DNA from: Octopus vulgaris
Lineage: Eukaryota
NCBI GenBank assembly: GCA_951406725.2
Contig: OX597819.1
Coordinates: forward strand, 53,630,001-53,694,000
Direction of reading: 5' to 3'
Length of the DNA: 64,000 bases
The position numbers and the translations under genes are program-made. The notes below the pieces were generated by a model. It was not told the DNA's origin, made no database searches, and saw nothing but the letters and a program-made list of their open reading frames with translations. Shown piece by piece: positions 12,478 to 25,149 of the stretch (position 1 is its first letter; every line of letters begins with the position of its first letter).

Positions 12478-12775
12478 CACCGTGACCGACCAGACTCAGA
12501 TGTTGCTACACATCGCTGGTCACATTGCGCTTCGCATTGTTTTAGCCTTCAAATGACGCCACCCCACTAGCTAAGCGAGCAGGCCAACAAAAGAAAGAGT
12601 GAGGCAGAGTTGTGACGAAAGAGTACAGCAGGGATCGACACCACCCCATGCTGGAGCATCGTGGAGCTTTAGGTGTTTTCGTTCAATAGACACTCACAAC
12701 GCCCGGTCTGGGAATCGAAACCGCAATCCTACGACCGCGAGTTCGCTGCCCTAACCACTGGGCCATTGCGCCTCT
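12478..12775 (-). mobile_element. tRNA-derived SINE family C
   Basis: Minus head GAGGCGCAATGGCCCAGTGGTTAGGG...GGTTTCGATTCCC with A and B boxes, continuing into a SINE body. Confidence 0.8.
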
Positions 12776-12797
12776 CCACACACACACACACATATAA

Positions 12798-13563
12798 TTT
12801 GCTTCAATCATTAGACTGCGACCATGGTGGGGCACCGCCTTGAAGGATTTTAGTCGAAGGAATCGATCCCGGAACTTTTTAAAAGCCTGGTACTTATTTT
12901 ATCGGTCACTTTTGCCGAACCGCTAAAGTTACGTGGACGTAAATACACCTACACCGGTTGTCAAACGGTGGTGGCTGACAGACAGACACACATACATACG
13001 ACGGACTTCTTTCAATTTCCGTCTACCAAATCTACTCACAAAGCTTTATTCGGCCCGAGGTTATCATAGAAGACACCCAAGGTGCTACGCACTGGAACTG
13101 AACCAGAAATCGTGTATCATAGTTGAGATATCAGCTTCTTGCCACGCCTGCGTCTATATATATATATATACATACTCTTTTACTTGTTTCAATCATTTTG
13201 ACTGTGGCCATGCTGGAGCACCGCCTTTAGTAGAGCAAATCGACCTTAGGACTTATTCTTTGTAAGCCTAGTACTTATTCTATCGGTTTCTTTTGCCGAA
13301 CCGCTAAGTTACGGGAACGTAAACACACTAGCATCGGTTGTCAAGCGATGTTGGGGGCACAAACACAGACACATAAACACACACACACACACATTTACAT
13401 ATATACGACAGGCTTCTTTCAGTTTCCGTCTACCAAATTTACTCACAAGGCTTTGGTCGGTCCGAGGCTAGAGTAGAAGACACTTGCCTAAGGTGCCACG
13501 CAGTGGGACTGAACCCGGAACCATGTGGTTGGTAAGCAAGCTACTTACCATACAACCACTCCT
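12798..13563 (-). mobile_element. Two tandem SINE A copies (12798-13150 older; 13172-13563 near full length)
   Basis: Colinear with the family. Confidence 0.9.
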
Positions 13564-14399
13564 ACAATCTGACCATGCCGTTTACCAATATTTATGAGCT
13601 GTAAGCATTTGTTCTGCTCTATTTCTGTAAGTGTGATATGGCAGTAGAAGAAATGGTTCAGACGAATTGCGTTGTAAAAGCAAATATGAACCTGAGAATA
13701 CGTGAAGTGTCATAATTGAATAATAGAGCAGATATATATGCTTGTACTTGTTATAAACCTCGGCTTGATTGATTGCGTAAAGGTTACGCGACAGTATGCT
13801 GTCGTTGTTAATAATCTCAAATGATTACTGACTTCCACCTCCTACCGCTGAACAAACAATGCTATTCAATTGGGAAATTCACACCATTTAGCCTTCAGAA
13901 CACACCTGTATGTATAGGATACCTGGTGTGGGTGGCCTGGTTGGTGACTGTGGTTGATGTGGTGCTTGTGAAAACTAATTGAATAATGAATGAATGCTTA
14001 TTAATTTATAAAAAATTAAGTTATAAAAAAAAATTGACTTCGTTTGTGAATTGTTTGCACATCATTCTATAAATGCATAAATTGATATACGTGTACATAT
14101 GATGAGGACGATGATGATGATGGCTGCGAGTTAGTTTCTGTGAATGATGTCCTTCGGCTGGTGGTTTTTATTCACAATACATGAAGTTTTGGTTGTTTTC
14201 CTTGCGTGTTCATAGAATGAATACCCGACCGCATTAGGATTGATGTATGCTCTTTTTTTTTTTTTCAGTTACTCTCTGTCTCTGTTCCTTGTTTTAATGT
14301 TTTTACGGCTGAACAATTCTACAAAGCAGATAGATTTTATTATCAATAACTTAAAGACAAATCATATGCATAAACTCCAACCTGCTCTTATCATTACTA

Positions 14400-14900
14400 A
14401 CAGACGATCTAGACTATGCTAAGGACTTTACATGTATAGGAAGCCTTATCAGTAAAGCCAACAGGGCAAGGCCTATCAAAGCTTATGAGGTAGTCATATG
14501 ACTTCAGTCGATTTGGCAATCTTAGGATTGAAGTTAAACCCTGTAAACAATAATGTTTACTGGATCCAAAACTGTTCTTATGTATGGGTCAGAATGCTAG
14601 CACGAAGTAAGAGACGTGAGATCGATGTTTTCTATAATGGGTACACGAGGGAATTCTGCGTATCTTCTGGTCCAGTGAAGTGTTAAATGAGGAGATGTAC
14701 TACAAAATTAATTGTAATAGTGTGGTCATTTTTCTACTGGCGGCTCAAAATGCTTGTCTTCATATTCGGGATGAACCGGGACAGGGTAAAAGGAGGCATT
14801 TAAGATGGTTACTTTGTGGAAAGGACGGTCAAAAAACACCAGATGTAGAACAGTTGAAAGCGAATGAGAGAAATGGATTTTATATGGCTTGAATAGCATC
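14400..14900 (+). mobile_element. Highly decayed RTE-like LINE 3' fragment
   Basis: KTVLMYGSEC, EIDVF and RRHLRW pieces in shifting frames. Confidence 0.45.
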
Positions 14901-14957
14901 GAATCGATGAAACCTTATTTTTCGACTGGCAACTAGATAAAATAATAATAATAGTTA

Positions 14958-15545
14958 CAGATTTTGGTAGAAGGCCATCATTTTTTCTAGGGAATGGAGT
15001 TAGTCGATTACATCGATCCCAGTACTTAACTGCTATTTATTTTGTCAACCCCGAAAAGATGAAAGCAAAGCTGACTTCGGAAGAAATGTCGCTGAGCATT
15101 TTGTCCGACACGTTAATGATGCTGTCATTTCATCGGCTTGACGGTTTTTAGTTTTGGTACAGGGCCAGCAATTTTGAGGAAAGTGGGTAAGTCGATACCA
15201 CCAATCCCAATACTTGACTGATACTTTATTTTATTGAGGAAAGGCAAAGTTGAGCTCAGCAGGATTTGAACTCGGAAGGTAATGAGTCAGAAGAAATACC
15301 TCTCGGTATTTTGTCCGACGCTCTAGCGATTCTGTTATCTCTTGGCTCAATGCCAGCAATTTTAGGGGAAGGTGCTTTGTCGTTTATATCAACTCCAGTA
15401 CTTCAACGGTACTTCATTTTAATTGTCTCTGGAGGGATGGAAGCAAAGTCGATCTACGCGGAATTTGAACATAGAACGTGAAAAAAAACCCCGAAAATAT
15501 TACAAAGCGTTTTTTCTATGCTCTAATGATTCTGCTAGGCCGCCT
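14958..15545 (-). mobile_element. Three tandem decayed copies of tRNA-derived SINE family D
   Basis: Repeated GTCGAT..ATCGA.CCCAGTACT...GCAAAG...ATTTGAAC blocks; well preserved copy at 27074. Confidence 0.7.
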
Positions 15546-15605
15546 ACCATCATTCTTTTCTGCTAAATACGCATGCGTGAGTGTGCGCGCGTGTATGTGT
15601 GTGTA

Positions 15606-15953
15606 TCCGGTGTACACAACTGAAGCAGCATTGCATTAAAATAGCCAGTTACGTAACATAATTAATGTTTATACGCATTTGACAAACAAAGATACTGTGG
15701 TTTTCGTCCTATATAAAATCTCTTAAAAATACAAAACATATCAGGAGGAATCGAAAAATTGCCCCAGTAGCGGCTAACAAGAACTGCAGATGCATTTCAG
15801 TTATATATTGTATTTTTAAATACATGTCTATAAGAGATTTTATTTCAGAAGAAAACCACACCATCTTGCTTGTCAACGATATATATATATACATTAAGCA
15901 TGATACACAGATAGCCATTTAAATCTAATGCTGCCACAGTTGTGTACACCGGA
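15606..15953. mobile_element. MITE with TA target duplication
   Basis: TA|TCCGGTGTACACAACTGAAGCAGCATT ... AATGCTGCCACAGTTGTGTACACCGGA|TA. Confidence 0.75.
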
Positions 15954-16357
15954 TATTTTATTCAACTCGGTAGCTACTCGCAATATCAGTGAGTAGTATT
16001 CACTGTTTCCTATATATCGGAGGAGACAAATTTCATCTAGGCCTGTAACTACGAATACATTTATTGAAAAGCCACACGAAGGCCGAAATGCATCTGGCGT
16101 TCTCGCAATATGCTGCTGCGATAATTTTTCGTTTCCTTCCGCTATATATCGTCCTTTTTTAATACAGAACGTCTATAAGGGAATTTATGCCGGACAAAAA
16201 CCGTTATATCTTGCCTGATACCCGTGTATACACATTGCATTAAGTACGATAAATAGATCAGTCTTATGACTAAGATCAAGATCTAATATCTAATCTCAAC
16301 AGTTTTATATATATGTCTATCACTGTTTGAGTTGCATAATAGTGGTTTTATCGCTAA

Positions 16358-16399
<42 letters not shown>

Positions 16400-16602
16400 A
16401 AAAAATTAGATTAAAAAGTCCTGGCAGATATCAATTAAGCACCCAGTATAAAGGTATATGGTTAAATTTCCAACAATCAGATACCAGTAAATGCAAGTGG
16501 AATGCTAATCCCAGGTAAATCATCAAGCATGACAGGTAAATCCAGCAATCCTTTTGTAGAACTTTTAAAGAAATTCAGAGTATGTGTGTGTGTGTGTATG
16601 TA

Positions 16603-17157
16603 TTGGGTTGTCCGGAAAGTTCGTGCCGATTTATAGTAGCTTACCTTTCGATTTATTTTAGAACATGGTTGAATCCATAAAATAGGATTTGACTACACCT
16701 TCTTTTTAGAGCACAGTTTAAGCTACCCTTTCGTGGAGGAAGGTTTATGTTCCTATAACCTGTGTTAATTCGGTAACTCTTTAAAAGGGAAGATAAGAAA
16801 GTTCATTTTCGGCACTTGATGCTTTGGGAACCAGACAAAAATTGCTGCAGCTCGGCTCTCACCCTCCATATTCACCAGATATTGCTCCTTCAGATTTCCA
16901 CTTATTCAGGTCTCTGCAGAATAGTCTTAATGGTAAGAAATTCAGTTCCTTGCATGGCGTAAAAAGATACTTTGATGAATTCTTTGCCATGAAACCACCT
17001 CAATTCTGGGAAGAGGGTATTTTCAAGTTAAAGGAAAGATGGAGACGCATTGTGCAACAAAATGGTTCATATTTGGTTGATTAAAAATGTAATGGCAAGT
17101 ATTTATTGACCTTTTTCTTTCCTTTAAAAATCGGCACGAACTTTCCGGACAACTCAA
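16603..17157 (+). mobile_element. Internally deleted mariner (DD34D-type) element
   Basis: ~30-bp TIRs TTGGGTTGTCCGGAAAGTTCGTGCCGATTT with TA duplication; N-terminal EDKKVHFRHLML fused to C-terminal HPPYSPDIAPSDFHLFRSL...GIFKLKERW. Confidence 0.93.
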
Positions 17158-17216
17158 TATATGTTAATGTAATTGAAACAATTCTTGGATTTTTAAGGTG
17201 TGATATATATTGCTGT

Positions 17217-17285
<69 letters not shown>

Positions 17286-17714
17286 AAAGTGAGACCATTT
17301 CTACGAACCAAATCAGTTACATAGCCCTTATTTTTCTCTAAACAAAAATTTAATTCTACCTGTACTCTATATCAGCACGCTTTACAAATCTTTTTATCTT
17401 TGAATAATTTGTTTGGTATTTGAAGACAAGCACAAACAGGCTACAATCATGCAAACGCTCACCTTGGAAACAAAATGCCCCCGTATTTGTACAATCAATA
17501 AATTAAACTCTCACTGCCAAGTCCGATTCCAGGAACGAGTAACTAAAAGAAAAGAAAAGAAATAAACCCTACAAACGGATCAACAAAGAAAATCCAAGAT
17601 TAATTGAAAGGAAGAAAAGAACGTGTATAATGAAAGAGAAGCTATATATATTTTTTCTCCTTTTAACTAGTCTAATTTTGTCAGATTTTCCCGTTAATGA
17701 GTAGTTCTCTGTGT

Positions 17715-17804
17715 GTGAATGAGAAGTTATGTGTGTGTATGCATGCACACACACATATATATTTGTATATATGTGTGTGTGTGTGTATATATATATATGC
17801 ATGC

Positions 17805-17839
<35 letters not shown>

Positions 17840-18015
17840 TATATATCTATATATATATGTGTGTGTGTATGTTTATGTGTGTATGTGTGCGTATGTATAT
17901 ATATATATGTATGTGTGTGTGTATGTATGTGTGTATGTATATGTATGTGTGTGTATGTATGTATGTATATATATATGTGTGTATGTATATATGTGAGTGT
18001 GTGTGTGTGTGTATA
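17715..18015. repeat. Compound (TG)/(TA)/(TATG) microsatellite; similar tracts at 20690-21085, 35320-35790, 50665-50850, 51335-51582
   Basis: Seen directly. Confidence 0.95.
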
Positions 18016-18017
18016 CA

Positions 18018-19092
18018 CAAGGTGTCCATAAAGTCTCTTTACAATTTCAAAAATTTATTACAAAGGCAATTGATGTGGGTTTTTTTAATCAGATTTGTTC
18101 TATGTACTCAGTGGTTATCAAAGTTTTAAATCACATTGCATTTGTGTTTTTCAGGTACCTTGTTGACGGAAAAGGTTCTGTCAAATGAAACCCTAAAAAA
18201 TTTGCTACTCCTCAAGAAAAGACACAACTTATATCGTGTGTTATTGAAACGAAATCGGACATGCAGATCCAGCGAAAGTACAGGCTCAAGAATGGAAGAC
18301 ATCCACCGTAATGTCCGCCAATTCGTGCACGGTAAAGAAATTTATGGAAACAGGAAGTGTTTGATAAAGGGTGGAGTGGACGACCAAACTTATCTGAGGA
18401 AAAACATCGATCGTGTAATACAGGCATTTGCTATTATCTTACAAAGTCCATACGTACTGCTGCCAGACAGTTAAAACCACCACGTTCAACGGTGCAGAAA
18501 GTCCTACACAAGAACTTGCGATTTTACGCTTACAAAGTGAAACTCTTACAGGCACTCGAACCAAATGATAAACCAAGTCGAAAAAGGTTTGCAGTCAACA
18601 TGCTGGAACGAATTTCTGAGGATATAGCGTTAATGATGAGACAACCTTTAATGTTTCAGGGAAACTGAACACATTATGTGTGTTCAGTTATCAGAACACT
18701 CTCATGTGACTAGAGAACTCCAGTGAGATAGTCTAAAGGTAAATTTCTGGAGTGGGATGATGTGCAATCGAATCATTAGTCCATTTTTCTTTGCAGAGAG
18801 ATCAATTTCTGCAAATGTTTACCTTGACCTTTTAACTATGGATGACCAACTAGATGACCAACTGGATGGCTGTCAACCAACCATCATTTTCCAACAGGAT
18901 GGTGTACCACCACATTGGGGACTGCATATTCGTGGCTTCCTAAATCAAACATCTCCAGTCTGATGGGTTGGAAGGGATGGTCCCATTCCCATTTCCTGGC
19001 TACATCGTTCCTTGGATATCACTCCCTTGGACTTTTCTATGGGGTTATATTAAAGACATTGTGTGTCGAACAAAGATACGGGACATCTGCTC
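18018..19092 (+). mobile_element. Decayed Tc1/mariner-superfamily transposon (DD37D/DD41D-like), 3' truncated
   Basis: Left end CAAGGTGTCCATAAAG; fragments KSIRTAARQLKPPRSTVQKVLHKNL, IISPFFF, IFQQDGVPPHW, LWGYIKDIV. Confidence 0.85.
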
Positions 19093-20159
19093 TGTAAGGA
19101 TTTTATCCTATATTTGCTGTTTTATCAGTATTTATGCATTGAAAAATATATATCTTTCTACTTGTACTACAATGTATATATGTGTACGTGTGTATGTATA
19201 TGTATGTGCATGTATACACACACTGACTGTGTTGTATTTCTGGTACAAGATTTGTTGCACAACACACTTATTACAGCAGGATTTCTTTTGTATGTTTTCT
19301 AGAATCTAGTGAAAAAGGAGACGAGGGAAATGTTCGTGATTTTTGAACGCTCTCCCAGACTGGTGCGATTAATGCGGTTGAAGTCCAGTTTAAACAGCTG
19401 TAGATCGATGTTTGGCATTAGAAATATGTAAGTGGACCAAGAAGGACATACTGTAGAATTGTTCTGGGGTAGCGGTGAAGGAGTGGGTAAGTATTGGTGC
19501 AGGATCAGAGGAGAGTGGTGAAACATTATAAGGGAGATGGGAAGAAAAAAAAAAACGGTTGGTGTGCCGGGTGGATGAGAGCAGTTAGTTAACTAGTTGG
19601 TGTTTAGCTAATTTACATGAATAACGGTTGTTTTAGTCGTGATAGAAGAGACAGAGGAAAGAAACAACAGTGGGTGATGTGTGTCGGTGATGGATTTAAA
19701 TGATCAAACTTTTTTAAAACATTTTCCTGGAAAAAGTGAAACACCTCCAGTGATTTAGCTTGAATGTTTTTAAAAAGTTATAGAGGTTTAAAGTTTGATC
19801 ATTTTCACCCAACGAGGAAACCGGATTTGGAAGCTGTCATTTTGTGCGTGGCAGCATACGTTGTCGACTGTGTAAACAAAGTAAATAAATTGGAGGAGGT
19901 TAATTATTAAAAAAAATTCTTCTTTTGCTAAATCGTAATCTCCGATATCGAAAACATAATAAAATGAAAATATTAAAAAAAAAATTACTGGTTCAGAAGT
20001 TATAGGGTGGTGGGGAATTCCGAAGAAGTACCCAATATTTTACACTTCAACACTTCAAAGAAGAGCGACCATCTGCGACGGTAATCCCACCACAAGGTAC
20101 GTCCGAACATTTTTCTAAGAACTAAGATAATAACTGATAGATCGTTAGTCGCGACACAT

Positions 20160-20322
20160 TCTTAATCTTCTCTCCTTGTTTCTTTCTGTGTTCCTTTCTG
20201 TGGAAGAGCGTAGGCTCGAAACGTTAAAGATTTTTTTCACTTCCCAAGCGTTAAACTAATACATCTGTTTGTTGTCCACACCACCTGTCTTCGTCTTTCG
20301 GTTTTTTTTGTGTGAATTCTCC
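20160..20322 (+). mobile_element. Short Penelope-type repeat with a variant hammerhead motif (family H1)
   Basis: CTTT-CTGTGGA-A-GAGC-gtag-GCTC-GAAA-C-GTT-AAAG; homologues at 26810-26960 (-) and 49150-49340 (+). Confidence 0.65.
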
Positions 20323-20460
20323 TCATAATAACTGAATAGCTGTATAAATATCCCGAAGTTTTCGCATGTAATCGAGGACTACTGCAATTACTCTATTTCC
20401 AGTCATACATACATACATACATACATACATACATACATACATACATACATACACACACGC

Positions 20461-20503
<43 letters not shown>

Positions 20504-20861
20504 ATATCGGTTTCTAGTTTTGACACTTGGCTACTAAGTTTGGGGAAGAAGCCAAGTCAATTAAATCGATCCCAGTGTTCTATTGGTATTTATTCTATCG
20601 AACCCGAAAGGACGAAAGGCAAAGTCGATTCTGGCAGAATTGAACTCGGAACCTACAGACGGACGAAATGCTGCTAAGCACACCTTACACACACACACAC
20701 ACATTTGGGATATATGTATATTCTACAAATATTTTTAAATCACTGCATTACATTATGTATACACTCACATATAAATGTATATGTATGTATGTATATATAC
20801 ATACATACGTATATACATGCAAATAGACATACATACACACATAGATATATATGCACATGCA

Positions 20862-20909
<48 letters not shown>

Positions 20910-20944
20910 TATATATATATACACATATACGCATATACACACAC

Positions 20945-20977
<33 letters not shown>

Positions 20978-21143
20978 TATATACACATACACACACACTC
21001 ACATATACCCACATGCACGCATGCATATGGATATACGTTTATACATTCATATGTGCATGCATACATACATACGTGTGTGTATATAAAGGAGAATGAGAGA
21101 GTAGGGAGGTATACTTGTATGCTAGTTGCATGATGATGATGAT

Positions 21144-21561
21144 ACTCTTTACTCTTTACTCTTTTACTTGTTTCAGTCATTTGACTGCGGCCATGCTGGA
21201 GCACCGCCTTTAGTCGAGCAAATCGACCCCGCGACTTATTCTTTTTAAGCCCAGTACTTATTCTATCGGTCTCTTTTGCCGAACCGCTAAGTGACGGGGA
21301 CGTAAACACACCAGCATCGGTTGTCAAGCAATGCTAGGGGGACAAACACAGGCACACAAACACACACGCACACGCATATATATATATACATATATACGAC
21401 AGGCTTCTTTCAGTTTCCGTCTACCAAATCCACTCACAAGGCTTTGGTCGGCCCGAGGCTGTAGTAGAAGACACTTGCCCAAGGTGCCACGCAGTGGAAC
21501 TGAACCCGGAACCATGTGGTTGGTAAACAAGCTACTTACCACACAGCCACTCCTGCGCCTA
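21144..21561 (-). mobile_element. Young full-length SINE A
   Basis: Complete head AGGCGCAGGAGTGGCTGTGTGGTAAG to (AAAAGAGT)n tail, CpGs retained, inserted in (ATG)n. Confidence 0.95.
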
Positions 21562-21578
21562 TGATGATGATGATGATG

Positions 21579-21649
<71 letters not shown>

Positions 21650-22247
21650 AAGATGACTGTTATGATTAATGAACCGACAAGTAAAAAGAGTCCTTTAGAT
21701 TAACAACAGAACAGATGGTGATGGGAATAATGCTTGACGACCATCGATGATTTGGACAAACTGATCAGAGGAAAAGAGAGGAAAGATAATTTGTTCAGCT
21801 CACTGATTAATACAACATGTTCGTGTGAGTGCAGAAATCTTGAAATTTAAGATTATATACTTAGTAAGCATAAGGAAAGCTGATTACTAGTTTATCAACA
21901 TATTAAACAATTTAAGTAAGTATAAACAAATAAGACCGCCACAGAAATCTAATTTAATTGCTTACCCACTCACCATGTATGTATACCACTAACTGCTGTT
22001 CTAGCGCAAGTCTTACTTTATTATGATATGAGATTCAGGTATCAGTCCGAAGGAGAATATGTACATCGCCATGCTTATTAAGTATAAGTCTGACTAAAAA
22101 AGGAGTTGACTCTTTCGGAGAAGTATAAAGAGAGTATGATCATTATTGTTGTTGTTCTTATAAGCAAATATTCACTCGGTGTAAGCGTATAGATGTAAGG
22201 TGTAGATATTGTGTATGTGTATGTGTGTGTGCGCGCGCGCGCAGGTA

Positions 22248-22310
<63 letters not shown>

Positions 22311-22388
22311 ATGCATATATGTATATATGTATGTATGCGTGTGTGTGTATTTTAGACTTATATTAAATTGTAGTCCAATAACTGAAAC

Positions 22389-22667
22389 AGATCTTTTCGG
22401 TTTGACCGGCAGTTTTTAAAAATAATTTTCACGTAACTAAACACTTTTAAACTTCGTATACTGGTAGAATGTGTTTATAATTCATCTTTTTCGCTTGGCT
22501 TTATTGAGAAAATTCTATAGTTTGTAAGATATTTGTTGTTTTTTTTCTTCAATTTCTGCAATTTCAACCAATCAATGACGTCTATTGAGGTGAAAACATT
22601 CTGTGCCGTATGAATATGTCCCTCGTTTAAGAAACAGATTGGGTTTCCGTTCAAACCGAAAAGATCC
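22389..22667. mobile_element. MITE with a perfect 8-bp target duplication (Merlin- or hAT-like)
   Basis: ACTGAAAC|AGATCTTTTCGGTTTGA ... TCAAACCGAAAAGATCC|ACTGAAAC. Confidence 0.8.
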
Positions 22668-22827
22668 ACTGAAACATGTGAAAAACGTGAATAAAAGAAT
22701 AACACCAGGAAATTTACTTACTAGGAAACTCAATACTAAAATAAGAGTAAAATTTGTTACAGAATTCGGTTTCAGTAGTATCACTTTTATTGAAGCTGTC
22801 GATCTTATAGCGAAAACTTTATCTTTT

Positions 22828-23077
22828 TATCCTTTTACTTGTTTCAGTCTTCACTACCGTTGAAGAACTTTAGCCGAATAGATGTCAGTGCTTATTTTCT
22901 TAAAGCCTGGCACTTATTCTATCGGCATCTTTTGCCGAACCGCTACGTTGCGAGGGCGTAAACAATACCAGTTGTCAAGCAGTGTAGGGGACAAACACAG
23001 ACACAGACACATGCACATACACAGAGACAGACAAACACGCCCGCACGCACGCACACCCGCGTACACACACCTACACA

Positions 23078-23150
<73 letters not shown>

Positions 23151-23278
23151 ACACATGTATATATACGACGGTCTTCTTTCAGTTTCCGTCTATCAAATCC
23201 ACTCACAAGGCCTTGGTCAGTCTGAGGCTATCGTAGAAGACACTAGTCCCAGGTGTTACGCAGTGGGATTGAACTTCT
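22828..23278 (-). mobile_element. SINE A with expanded (CA)n; an older copy lies at 23785-24150
   Basis: Colinear with the family. Confidence 0.85.
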
Positions 23279-23364
23279 TACCTGGATGGTGTTGCTATAT
23301 TTTAAATCTCAGAATGGGATTTCGATGGGTTACGTCTTTATTGGTATCCGTGCTTATGGGCTAG

Positions 23365-23690
23365 TGAAGGTGTATAGCTTAGTGGTCATGATATTTCAGT
23401 TCGCGAACGTAAGGTCGTGAGTTCGACCCTTGGCGGCGAGTTGTGTCCTTGACCAAGCCACTTTATTTACGTTGCTTCTGTTCACTCAGCTGGCAAAAAT
23501 GGATAGTACCAGAATTTCTAAGAGCAAGCCTTGTCGCATTCTGTGTCACGCTGAATGTTCCAGTGAAATTCGTAAAAGAGTAAATATGTCCGTGGAGTAC
23601 TCAGCCACTTGCACGATAAGTTCACTGGCAGGCTGTTTCGTTGATCGAGTCGACTGGAACACTCGTCATCGTAACCGACGGAGTGCCAGT
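23365..23690 (+). mobile_element. SINE family B
   Basis: tRNA-like head, TGTGTCCTTG core, tail CGTAACCGACGGAGTGCCA. Confidence 0.85.
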
Positions 23691-24173
23691 TTATGGGCAG
23701 ATGATCTACTCTGTGAAAGGAGCGAATATAAATGTTCATATCCGGTTGTTATTTTAAAGAGATTTTAAAAATAACAGTTATTGTTCTTTCAGTCACTGGA
23801 TAGCAGCCATAATTGGCCACAATCTCGAAGGGTTTAATCGAACAAATTGGCCATAGTACATATTCTTTTTGAGTCTGGTACATAGTCAATTTCTCTGCTA
23901 AGTGTAATAAGTTAAACAAACTAACACCGGTTGTCAAGCATTGTGGTGAAAGATACAAAGAGGCACGCACACACATAGATATACTCACAGGGTATTGCTC
24001 TGCCCGGAGCATAGCTCTACGCAGAGCAATGCCCTGTGTGTATAAGTATACCCTGTGAGTATAAGACGCTTGTTGAAGGGGCTGTAGATCGGGACTGAAC
24101 CCGAAGCTACGTGATGGCAAGCCGAACTGCGAAACCATACTGTCATATCTGTGCTGTCCGAGATGTACGGTTT

Positions 24174-24370
24174 TATATATCCAACACAGCTGATCTTACC
24201 AATCGGTTTCGCGTTAGGAGTACAACGTAGTGTTAAATAATAATCCGATTATATAACGCTACGCTCATCAGAGGTAACCGATATGGGATGAAATATGGCG
24301 ACTGTTCCTAACACTCCGTTGTACATCTAGCGCGAAACCGGTTGATAAGATCAGCCGTGATGGATTTATA
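24174..24370 (-). mobile_element. Inverted-repeat element with a hammerhead-like core
   Basis: ~60-bp arms 24174-24235 and 24309-24370; minus strand CTGATGA-GCGT...ACGC-GAAA-CCGATT. Confidence 0.55.
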
Positions 24371-24736
24371 ATATTATACATTGATAGATATACGACTGCA
24401 TCTTTCTCCTGACTTATGGACCTTTAGATGACTTATGTGTATATATATATTATATACACGCACGCACAAATACATTTGCTTACATACATATACATCCAAA
24501 TATAATAGTATGTATGTATATGTATGCATGTATATGATAGGCAGCCCATCGATCGACGAGAATGTCCATATGATAAAACGCGTTTCATAGTATCAGTAGC
24601 GAACCGATGTCCATAACAGCGGTCCCGCTGTTAGTATCACTATCCAATCCTACCATGTTACATTAAGTCACATTGTAGTATCTCACTCGAGTGTCTTCTT
24701 TAACACACACGCGCACACACACACACTAACACATAC

Positions 24737-24794
<58 letters not shown>

Positions 24795-25048
24795 ATATGT
24801 ATGTATGTATGTATGCATGTATGTATGTATGTATGCATGTACGTATGTCTCTCTCTCTATTTCTCTCTCTCCTCTCTCTATGTATATATATATATATATA
24901 TATATTTTATTTTATTTTATTTGTTAGGGAATTTGTTAGGGGTTCAAATTATTCTCAAAGAGGAAAATATATATTTTCATTTAGAGATAGTAGGCCCCTT
25001 CATCCCACCATATAAAAGAATTTTAATTTAAATACTTACTAATTATAT

Positions 25049-25149
25049 CTCGGCTACACGTGTTTCTTGAGGTTCATTTCTCGGTTCCTTAACCACGCCG
25101 TGTTTTGCTGGAACCTTTCTTAAAATATAAACCCAATCATCAGGTCTCT
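25049..25149 (-). ncRNA. Candidate type I hammerhead ribozyme
   Basis: GAGAC-CTGATGA-TTGGGTT...AACCTCAA-GAAA-CACGTG-TA-GCCGAG: intact core, palindromic stem III, GUA triplet. Confidence 0.6.

Noticed and set aside
12700-12775. tRNA-like sequences (also near 55020 and other SINE heads)
   Set aside because: They continue into SINE bodies and lack a convincing cloverleaf; not tRNA genes
17569-18129. Many YI/HT/CV-rich ORFs here and at 20.7, 35.3, 50.6 and 51.3 kb
   Set aside because: Translations of dinucleotide and tetranucleotide microsatellites
19660-20100. Possible DNA transposon remnant with an internal palindrome (similar case at 34085-34945)
   Set aside because: Terminal repeats too degenerate to support a call
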